From assembly GCA_040751795.1 (NCBI GenBank), contig JBFMHR010000004.1, forward strand, positions 96,001-160,000: 64,000 nt of DNA. The letters are read 5' to 3'. Below, one piece after another: positions 51,377 through 58,842 of this stretch (position 1 is the first letter of the stretch; each line of letters begins with the position of its first letter). The notes below the pieces were generated by a model that saw only the letters and a program-made list of their open reading frames with translations, did not search any database and was not told the DNA's origin. The stretch is from Thermoplasmatota archaeon (GTDB taxonomy: Archaea; Thermoplasmatota; Thermoplasmata; UBA10834). The translations under genes and the position numbers were made by a program.

Positions 51377-51483
51377 GGGTTTGGGTCCGTGCTCAATTTC
51401 CGTTGATTGACGACTAAGCCCGACATACTGGCTTGCTAGCAGAGCGAATCCCTTCGCGCCCGCTCTCAACCATATCCAGCATG
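51377..51483 (+). repeat. att junction 1 (right arm + 24-bp tRNA core + mirrored left arm)
   Basis: TGATTGA 51404, ATACTGG 51425, core 51445-51468 identical to 44494-44517, then CCAGCATG. Confidence 0.9.
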
Positions 51484-51530
51484 ATCAGTTGTTTCTCCAC
51501 CCCATGACTGGTTCGGTGCTCGGAGAAGGA
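51466..51530 (-). pseudogene. Relic 3' end of a second integrase
   Basis: Encodes ...TDHAGYG* versus ...ADYTGYA* in the intact integrase, with the stop codon at the same position relative to the core. Confidence 0.65.
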
Positions 51531-52033
51531 GAAGTAAGGGTGGAGGGCCGCAGAAAGGACAATATAGGCTCACGGATGTCTTCGGTTCATATGAGTGCGA
51601 CAGACAGGGAGGGCCCCACCACGAGCAATGAGCATCATTCGCGCCTCCTTCTATCCAAGGGATGATGGGTTGCGATACTTGCTCTTGCATCCGCACCATT
51701 GGCATTCATCTACATAGTGACCGAGGGGAGCGTAGGGCGATGGGTGGCATGGCTAGCCATTCCGCCTCTGCTTGTCGCCCTCTTATACTTCTATTATGTC
51801 TCCTACAGGGCTGTGTTCGGGGGCTCCAGACCTCGCTAATGGAACATGATTGGTTGGAGACTCAAGAGAGTGGATGTCTGGTCCCCTGATAACTCCTCCA
51901 TTTCCTGTCTTAGCTTGACCCGAGCCCTGTAAATCCTCATGTAGCAGGTCCAGCATAGCTTCTTTGTCTTCACAGGAACTCTCCCACACTGAATGCACGC
52001 ATGTCCAGGGCGGTACTTCCTGGGGTGCTTCAC

Positions 52034-52074
52034 TGGCACTTGCCTCCTGGGCAAGTGGTCAAGGGTTCGAATCC
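52034..52074 (+). pseudogene. tRNA-Arg fragment (anticodon arm to T loop)
   Basis: TGGCACTTGCCTCCTGGGCAAGTGGTCAAGGGTTCGAATCC matches 44460-44500 with 3 mismatches. Confidence 0.85.
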
Positions 52075-52129
52075 GGTTGAGCACACCCCACTGAGACAAG
52101 CCCAAAATAGGGAACGGGAAAAGGGTCCG

Positions 52130-52609
52130 TTATGGAGAGAGCGACTCGTAGACTTTGTCGACCGCCTTCTCTATCTCGTCAAAGCAGACGTCATCGTTGC
52201 AGGCATTCAGTTTGCCCTTCAGGTTCTTGATCTTTATGCTCAAATCTGTCTTCGTCGATGAATAGGACAACAGTGAGTCCTTGGCGTAGCCGATGATGCC
52301 ACCGGTTCCCGAGACGCCGGCAACCACAGTGGTGATTGCGCCCAAGGCATCAGACCATGTGATGGCACCTATTGCGGTCAGGGACGTGATGACCGAAGAA
52401 GCAATGACAATGGCCATCTGGGTCCTTATGTGCCGGAGTTTGAGCTCCACAGCTTCCTCTAAGCCACTAATTCTGATTCCGATGTCCACCTTCCGGTTTA
52501 CTATGCTCCTTCCTATACTCTTCCTTATGTTCTTGGCCGAGCGTGCACTTGACGATACTGCATGCGCCCAAATCCAGTAGGCTATCTCTTTCCTAATCAA
52601 TCCATTCAC
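52130..52609 (-). CDS. Hypothetical 2TM protein (SLATT-like topology)
   Basis: Two adjacent hydrophobic helices followed by an amphipathic helix; start uncertain. Confidence 0.6.
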   Translation of the reverse strand: MNGLIRKEIAYWIWAHAVSSSARSAKNIRKSIGRSIVNRKVDIGIRISGLEEAVELKLRHIRTQMAIVIASSVITSLTAIGAITWSDALGAITTVVAGVSGTGGIIGYAKDSLLSYSSTKTDLSIKIKNLKGKLNACNDDVCFDEIEKAVDKVYESLSP

Positions 52610-52696
52610 CCTCTCTTCTCCTCGAACCACCGAGGCAGTACTGTGAATCAACCTGTGCAATATTAGTCGATTTCCTCAAGAATGGGTGAAGGAAGA

Positions 52697-52785
52697 GGGT
52701 TTGAGGACGAGCGAATTTTCCCTCTGATTGAACTGGCATCGCGACTTACTGGCTCTGTGAAGGTGCGAATCCCCTTCGGTTCAAT
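52697..52785 (+). repeat. att junction 2 (right arm + partial core)
   Basis: GGGTTT 52697, TGATTGA 52725, TTACTGG 52746, CGAATCCCCTTCG 52766, then GTTCAAT as in the left arm. Confidence 0.8.
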
Positions 52786-52842
52786 TCATAAGAGACACCC
52801 TTAAGCCGACGAGAGCGATTCGGGCAGGGAGGAGACGGTGAG

Positions 52843-53085
52843 ATGGTCATGCACTGTGCTAATTGTGGGTTCCCACTTGAGCCGAATGCGAGGTTCTGTC
52901 CAAGGTGTAGCTCGGTCTCTCTGGCAATCAGCCAAAGGGAACCTAGTCTAGAAAGAATCGCACTCGCAATTGAGCGGAATGCGACTGCGACCGAGAACAT
53001 ATACAACCTTATGCTCGCCGCGGCTGCCGTGACCGTTATCGTCGGCATACTTCTCGGAATTGTAGTAACTGGAGGTTGGCCCTAA
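52843..53085 (+). CDS. Zinc-ribbon + 1TM protein
   Basis: CANCG......RFCPRC and a C-terminal TM helix; GGAGG RBS. Confidence 0.75.
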   Translation: MVMHCANCGFPLEPNARFCPRCSSVSLAISQREPSLERIALAIERNATATENIYNLMLAAAAVTVIVGILLGIVVTGGWP

Positions 53086-53174
53086 ACGTAGGATGAGCGT
53101 CCAGGTCCGGGCTCGACTTCCTGCTGACGCAAGCCCTTAAGCCCTCTAAGGCGATCCAGACACGAGGAGATGGC

Positions 53175-54023
53175 ATGGGTGGAACCCTTTCCCGTGTGTG
53201 TCTAGTGTTAGTAGTGTGCGCAGCGACACTTCTGATGTCCCTGGGTGCGTGTTGTGCGGCTCCAACCTCGACGACCGACAGTCGAACAGTGACTTTCTCA
53301 ATAGATCGACCAGATCTATGGCTTGACGCGAGGCTTCCTGTTGTCGCTACGTGGACTGACAGCTTCACGGCCTCAAAGGATGATGTCCTCGCACTCTCGT
53401 ACACGCTAGAATCTCAGGCAGCGAGCGTCGAGCTGACTCTTCCTCTCAGCGACTACCTTTGGTGGCTAGGCGTCGATGATGTTACTATCGATGTTCCTCT
53501 GGGAAACACTCCGTTGGTCGCGGAGTCAATCTCTCTAACCTCACTTGCAGGAATACCCTCTTGGGCAGCCTCACTGGACCTCAGGTTGAGTGGGTCCGTG
53601 CGTATGCACGACCTCTGCTGTGTCTCGGGTTCGGCGCTCATTCAAACGCCCGCTTCGGCGGTGACGTGGAGTACTTGGTCGACAGAGACGGCTCAGGTTA
53701 TTGCTCCGGAAAGCCCTGGTGCGTCTGTTCGCGCAACCCTCGCCTATGCGCTGGGGATAGGACTCACCCTGTCAGTCCTTGGAGCTGATGTCTACGATAT
53801 CATTCCTTCCTCTACGGTCTTGAGTGTGGTTGGCGCTCCGAGCCTTGAGACAGAGATTGATGTGCCGACACCAGCATCCGCAATGTCAATAGTCATGATT
53901 GGAGTTGCCATAGCTGCTGTCGTCGCGGTTGCTGCAATTCTGCTCATGGTCTTGCGACGCAAGAGAGGCAGTTCTGGGGCAGCCGAGACTGAATCGCCAC
54001 CTGAGGAACCGGAGATGCCATAA
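53175..54023 (+). CDS. Secreted, C-terminally membrane-anchored surface protein
   Basis: Signal peptide, S/T-rich beta domain, TM helix and RRKR tail. Confidence 0.75.
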   Translation: MGGTLSRVCLVLVVCAATLLMSLGACCAAPTSTTDSRTVTFSIDRPDLWLDARLPVVATWTDSFTASKDDVLALSYTLESQAASVELTLPLSDYLWWLGVDDVTIDVPLGNTPLVAESISLTSLAGIPSWAASLDLRLSGSVRMHDLCCVSGSALIQTPASAVTWSTWSTETAQVIAPESPGASVRATLAYALGIGLTLSVLGADVYDIIPSSTVLSVVGAPSLETEIDVPTPASAMSIVMIGVAIAAVVAVAAILLMVLRRKRGSSGAAETESPPEEPEMP

Positions 54024-54379
54024 GACGCGTTCTTCTCGGTGGCCGTAACGCGAAGTGCATTCGGAGGCATCGAGCCCTTGCCGAGAGGAGACCCCCCTCG
54101 AATCCCAGGGATAGATCGGACGACATGGCCCTTTCTTCTCTACTGCGCCCTCGCATGAAATCTTTGAGGGGCATCCTTTGGCGATTGCGAGGAGAATCTC
54201 CTGAATCTAAGGTCTTGTCATGCTGGGCTCCATAAGGCCTTGTAGCGCAAAGGAAGGCCAGATAGGCAAAGGGTTCGAAGGAAGATTGGACGGCTAGGTC
54301 AATTCAGCGGTCATGACTTAGAATCTTCGGAGCAAAGATTTATCGCCTCTAATGCATTAAGGATTTTCGGAGGAAGACT

Positions 54380-54976
54380 GTGGGTGTTAAGAATTGTCCT
54401 TACTGCGGAACTGCGAACCTTCTCAATGCAGTGCAATGCGTGAGATGTGGAACTATGCTCGCGCTACCGACTCCTCCAAGACCTCCTTCTCATGCTGGTG
54501 CGATAGCAGCTGGTGTTGTTGCCTTCATAGTGGTAATAGTGGTTGTCCTTGCCTATACTAGCATCCTTTCAGTTCCTTCTGGAGACGGTGGTGTCGTCGA
54601 CCCAGTAGGCACAGTAACGACAAACATCCGTACTGATGAGAAGAATTGGTTTGACTTTGAATCAGGAAGCCAGAACGTCCCAAACTGTGATTTCTATGTA
54701 GATAGTACGCTTAATTTCTATACTTCCGTTGCTATAGGAGATTCGATGTTTATCTCCGATGTCGGCCCCGTGAGCGGTCTCGGTCAGGTTACGATTATTC
54801 CAACTTCTGGCTGGACTGAAGCATGCTCAATTATCTTGGGACACGGATATGTCGTTCAGACTACGGATAATCACTATTACGGGATGTATGCCGTTGACTG
54901 GATGACGGACGCAGTTTTTGGCGGAGTGATTGGCCTTCAATTCAAATGGTATTTCATGGGAGATGTTGCAGTTTAG
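54380..54976 (+). CDS. Zinc-ribbon + TM + extracellular beta domain protein
   Basis: CPYCG......QCVRCG, a TM helix, then a WFDF...P.SGW...GHGYVV.T.D..Y domain. Confidence 0.78.
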   Translation: MGVKNCPYCGTANLLNAVQCVRCGTMLALPTPPRPPSHAGAIAAGVVAFIVVIVVVLAYTSILSVPSGDGGVVDPVGTVTTNIRTDEKNWFDFESGSQNVPNCDFYVDSTLNFYTSVAIGDSMFISDVGPVSGLGQVTIIPTSGWTEACSIILGHGYVVQTTDNHYYGMYAVDWMTDAVFGGVIGLQFKWYFMGDVAV

Positions 54977-55007
54977 ACGACACCGGTTAGAGAAGAAGCC
55001 TTGAAAG

Positions 55008-55091
55008 GGGTTTAGCTCCGGCCTCAATCCGGTCTGATTGAATGGTTCTCCCGGCATACTGGCTATTCAAAGGTTCGAATCCCTTCGCGCC
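55008..55091 (+). repeat. att junction 3 (outermost attR)
   Basis: GGGTTT 55008, TGATTGA 55035, ATACTGG 55056, and 55067-55091 matching tRNA 44485-44509 at 24/25. Confidence 0.88.
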
Positions 55092-55250
55092 AGCCATTTC
55101 CATCCTTGAATGGCGCGAGGGCGTTTGAGATCCCTTCTGCCTCGGGCCACAGGCCCGAGGGTCGGGCGTTCATCCTGCTGGTTGGCTCACCGGGAGCAGT
55201 GGGGACTGCCGTGATAAGGTATATCCCCCCTGACTGGAGTGCGCTTCTGC

Positions 55251-55709
55251 ATGGCGACGCTGAGATGCCCTAGGTGCGGCAACATCGATAGCAGTTTCCA
55301 GTCACGGTTCTGCAACCTCTGCGGGGCGGCTCTTGTGGATGCCCAGGCGAAGGAGGAGATGATTGACGCGAAGCATTGGGAACTGCCGTTCATCCTCTCG
55401 ATTCACAGGGGGGAGTTGATCGTGAGGCCCGGCTCGGAGGACAGCTTCATCGAGTCCAGACGCAAGATCCTCGGCGCGAGAGCGGTGGTTGTGCATTCGA
55501 GAGCGACCTGGATCCGCAACAACGTCGTCATGGCCCTCTACTTCTTGATCGTCGCCGTCCTGCTCACTGCGGTCATGGCTTCCGCCGGGCTGCCGTGGAT
55601 CGGGGTATCAATCGGACTGTTGATGTTTGCGGTGTACTCACCCTACCTAGTGATGTTCATCTGGTCGCTGCAGCCGATAAACGACAGGAACAGATACTAC
55701 GGGCCTTGA
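55251..55709 (+). CDS. Zinc-ribbon + 2TM protein
   Basis: CPRCG......RFCNLCG and two C-terminal TM helices. Confidence 0.75.
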   Translation: MATLRCPRCGNIDSSFQSRFCNLCGAALVDAQAKEEMIDAKHWELPFILSIHRGELIVRPGSEDSFIESRRKILGARAVVVHSRATWIRNNVVMALYFLIVAVLLTAVMASAGLPWIGVSIGLLMFAVYSPYLVMFIWSLQPINDRNRYYGP

Positions 55710-55984
55710 GTCACGGCGGACATGGCAACCTGATTGGGCGCCCGGAGAGCCGTGAGGGGGAACGGAGTCCGGCTCCCGGCCCGGAAACCCCCCTCATCGA
55801 GTCACATCCCAGGTCTGCCGGCCTCTCAAGGCCTCGGCCCCCTTCGCCTTCGCTCCCCCCTCCGCCAGTGGTTGCTGACTAATATAACGACAAGTTTTTA
55901 TATAATCCCTACTCAAATATACCCTGGACGGGGGAGAGGCACCGGGACGCCCCGGGCCGACCCCCTTTGGATGAGGTGTAAGAG

Positions 55985-56449
55985 ATGGGAACACCACAGC
56001 AACCCAGTTCTAGGATGTGCGTCCAGTGCGGGAAGCCTATCGCCCAGGACGCGAACGTGTGCCCGTACTGCGGCAAGGACTACCGTGTCCAGGCAGCGCC
56101 GGCGGCCAAGAAGAAGACCGTGATGCCCCTGGTGGGCGGCATCCTGATCGTGGTCGGCGGCGTCCTCGCCCTGCTGGCAGGCATAGGCCTGGTGGCCAGC
56201 GTCGGGGCCTTCGACTCCCTGATGATCGTCGACGTCGAGGGCGTGGACATGCTCGAGGACCTCCTGACGGCCTGCGGCATACTGTTCATAATATTCGGCC
56301 TGATAGGACTCCTCGGAGGAGTGTTCGCCATAATGAGGAAGCACTTCGGCCTGGCGATACTCGGCGGCATATTCGCCCTCTTCGGGTGGTTCCTCCCGGC
56401 GCTGATCGGGCTCATCCTGGTCGGGATGTCGAAGGAAGAGTTCGAGTGA
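55985..56449 (+). CDS. Zinc-ribbon + multi-TM protein
   Basis: CVQCG......VCPYCG followed by 3-4 TM helices; host-like codon usage. Confidence 0.8.
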   Translation: MGTPQQPSSRMCVQCGKPIAQDANVCPYCGKDYRVQAAPAAKKKTVMPLVGGILIVVGGVLALLAGIGLVASVGAFDSLMIVDVEGVDMLEDLLTACGILFIIFGLIGLLGGVFAIMRKHFGLAILGGIFALFGWFLPALIGLILVGMSKEEFE

Positions 56450-56515
56450 CCGGGTTCCCCGGCCGACGGACCTGAAACCCCTTCCAAGCCTTTGGTTTCC
56501 ACTCATATGCGCAGG

Positions 56516-57046
56516 TCACCCCCTGCGCGCCCTCCACCGCCTCTCGAACTCCGCCTCCCACCACGAGGCGTACCTCCTGACCCCCCTGCGCCGCATCCGG
56601 AGCGCCTCCACGGCGACCTCGTGGGCCAGTGCGGCCGCCTCCTCAGACCACGAGCCCCTCAGACCCCTGGGCACGACCAGGTAGGTCGGCGACTCGTCGA
56701 TGTACCTCGGGGGGACCCTCGCGAGGGCGTGGACGTCCGCGGCCCTCTCGCCGCCGGGGATGCCCTTCGAGTTGAACTGCGCGAGGTGCATCAGCTCGTG
56801 GGCGACGGTCCAGTGGGTGGGGTACCTCCAGCCGCCCCGTCCCCTCCTCACCTCGAGCATGAGCTTGGCGAACCCGTCGTCCGTCTGGAAGACCGCGCCG
56901 TCGTAAGCCCTGGTGATGCCGACGGCCAGCTCTCTCCTCATCTCGGGGAAGTAGCGGCCGAGGGCCCGGAGCCTCCTCTCCACCTCCCCCCGCACCTCGG
57001 GGGGCAGCTTCTTGGCCGTCCTGGTCCAGGAGATCGTAAGCGGCAT
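56516..57046 (-). CDS. Hypothetical protein with HExxH (zincin-like)
   Basis: VAHELMH followed by E.AAD. Confidence 0.6.
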   Translation of the reverse strand: MPLTISWTRTAKKLPPEVRGEVERRLRALGRYFPEMRRELAVGITRAYDGAVFQTDDGFAKLMLEVRRGRGGWRYPTHWTVAHELMHLAQFNSKGIPGGERAADVHALARVPPRYIDESPTYLVVPRGLRGSWSEEAAALAHEVAVEALRMRRRGVRRYASWWEAEFERRWRARRG

Positions 57047-57089
57047 ATCGCTGCTCTATGGCGTCCGTCCCTCTTATCGGATGCGCCCC

Positions 57090-57836
57090 TCACTCCTCGA
57101 CGAGGACCTTCCCCTCTATGGAGACGACATACCTCCTGACGGGGATGTCCTTCCCTGACCTCCTCAGGGCCTCCATGGTGAGCCTCATGAGCCCCTGGCA
57201 GCAGGGGACCTCCATCATCACGACCGTGAGGCTCCTCGGGGAGGCGTCCCTGAAGAGCGCTGTGAGCTTGTCCAGGTAGGCCTGCTGCTCGTCCAGCTTC
57301 GGGCACCCTATGATGACGGGCCTCCCCCTGAGGAACCTCCCGTGGAAGTCCCTGTAGGCGAAGGGGACGCAGTCCGCAGCGAGGAGCACGTCCGCCCCCT
57401 TGAAGAACGGCATCGAGGGATGCACGAGCCTCCACTGCACCGGCCAGTTGGTCAGCTCCGGCGGCAGCGTCCCCGCGTCCGCCTGGGGCTGCGCCGGGGC
57501 CCTGGGCATCCCCTGCCCCGCCCTGAGTATCATGGGGTTGGACGAAGGGCAGCCGCACGGCTCCGTGGCCGCGTGCTCCGCGACGTGCTCCTCCCCGCCG
57601 TGGAGGTGCCTCTTGACGGCCTCCTCGTCGAACTCGGGTGCGTCCCTCTCGACGATCCTGAGGGCGCCCTGCGGGCACTCCCCTATGCACGCCCCGAGCC
57701 CGTCGCAGAACACGTCGCTCACGACCTTGGCCTTGCCGTCGACGATCCTGAGGGCCCCCTCGGCGCACGCAAGGGCGCACTGGCCACAGCCGTCGCACTT
57801 CTCCTCGTCTATCTCGATGATCTTCCTGAGGACCAT
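57090..57836 (-). CDS. 4Fe-4S ferredoxin-domain protein
   Basis: CDGCGQC...C, CDGLGAC...CP, GCP, L.NWPVQ, ADC, GCPKLD and MEVPCC motifs. Confidence 0.9.
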   Translation of the reverse strand: MVLRKIIEIDEEKCDGCGQCALACAEGALRIVDGKAKVVSDVFCDGLGACIGECPQGALRIVERDAPEFDEEAVKRHLHGGEEHVAEHAATEPCGCPSSNPMILRAGQGMPRAPAQPQADAGTLPPELTNWPVQWRLVHPSMPFFKGADVLLAADCVPFAYRDFHGRFLRGRPVIIGCPKLDEQQAYLDKLTALFRDASPRSLTVVMMEVPCCQGLMRLTMEALRRSGKDIPVRRYVVSIEGKVLVEE

Positions 57837-57911
57837 GCCTTCACCCGCCTGGTCACCATGACGGCCCCGGGGGTATCAAAAGGCATCGCCGGACACCGCC
57901 GGTGCCCCAGG

Positions 57912-58793
57912 TCACGGCCCGTTGTGCCTGAGCCAGTTGTCCCTGGCCCTTGAGGTGTTGAGCCTGTCGCCTATGACGCTCGCCACGAACGCCGTCGGCG
58001 GCAGGAGGAACATGAACGTCCCCCCGAGGGAGACGAGCTTGGTGGACCTCTTCATGGCGAAGAGCGCCCGGGAGTACTCCGTGTCCTCGGGGACCGCCCC
58101 CCGGAGCATGGACCGGGCTATGACCCTCTGTATGTCCAGGACGAGGAGGGTGGTCATCCAGACCACGTTCCGTATGGTGGTGTACTCGCCGCCGTAGCCG
58201 GTCCTGCGGGCCACGATGGCCTTCCTGAGCTCCTCCGCGGTCGTGCCGTCGAAGGTGGTGACGCCGTCCCCGACCATCATGGGGGCGTGGGCGTCGCTCC
58301 CGCCGGTGAGGGCCTTCCCCGAGCCGGAGCACTTGCCCAGGGCGAGGTCGTTGGAGTAGCGGTCCCTGTGGAACGCATTGAAGACCTCGACCCCGTCCAG
58401 GTCGAGGGAGAGCACCCTGTCGCCGAGGGCCGCGCAGTGGGCGCTGAAGGGGTGCGGGGCAACGGCGACGCCCCCCATGCCGTGTATGATGTCTATGGTC
58501 TCCGCGGCGGTGAGCCCGGCCGGGACCCCCTCCGTCAGGAAGAGGCCGAGGACCTCCCCCTCGGAGGTGAGGACCTCCTCGCCCACGACCACCTCCACCT
58601 CCTTGGCGTGCTTCCTCGCCTCGAGCCCGCCCCGTATGCCGTTGTGGTCGGTGACGCAGAGCACGTCGAGCCCCCTCGCCTCGGCCGCCCTGACGAGGTC
58701 CATGGGCTCGGTGACCGAGTCGGGGATCTTCAGGAAGAGCACCCGCGAGAGCCCTGAGTACTTGGTGTGGGTGTGGAGGTCGGCCGTGCCCAT
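57912..58793 (-). CDS. PHP domain protein
   Basis: DLHTHT, TDHN, PHP and GGSDAH motifs. Confidence 0.9.
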   Translation of the reverse strand: MGTADLHTHTKYSGLSRVLFLKIPDSVTEPMDLVRAAEARGLDVLCVTDHNGIRGGLEARKHAKEVEVVVGEEVLTSEGEVLGLFLTEGVPAGLTAAETIDIIHGMGGVAVAPHPFSAHCAALGDRVLSLDLDGVEVFNAFHRDRYSNDLALGKCSGSGKALTGGSDAHAPMMVGDGVTTFDGTTAEELRKAIVARRTGYGGEYTTIRNVVWMTTLLVLDIQRVIARSMLRGAVPEDTEYSRALFAMKRSTKLVSLGGTFMFLLPPTAFVASVIGDRLNTSRARDNWLRHNGP

Positions 58794-58842
58794 CTTATCC
58801 GTCCAGGCATGCGACTGGGGGGTTAAAAGGAATCCCCCCTCC

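Larger units (their letters stand above)
44494..55091. mobile_element. Composite genomic island in tRNA-Arg (tandem integrated elements/cassettes)
   Basis: Lower GC by eye, integrase abutting the tRNA, and direct repeats of the tRNA 3' end at 51445-51468 (24/24) and 55067-55091 (24/25). Confidence 0.9.

Noticed and set aside
51836-52105. Minus-strand ORF with CIQC...CWTC zinc finger
   Set aside because: Its start overlaps the tRNA fragment and it has no clear RBS. It may be a gene remnant but cannot be supported as a CDS.
54267-54279. CAAAGGGTTCGAA as another tRNA-derived att site
   Set aside because: Only 11 nt match and there are no arm boxes at the conserved spacing, so it may be chance.
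44515-55091. Classical integron (IntI + attC)
   Set aside because: No consistent RYYYAAC...GTTRRRY sites were found between genes. A TAAC..GTTA hairpin at 50600-50647 is not preserved in the sister repeat at 54024. No obvious IntI-specific insertion in the integrase. An IntegronFinder run would settle this.
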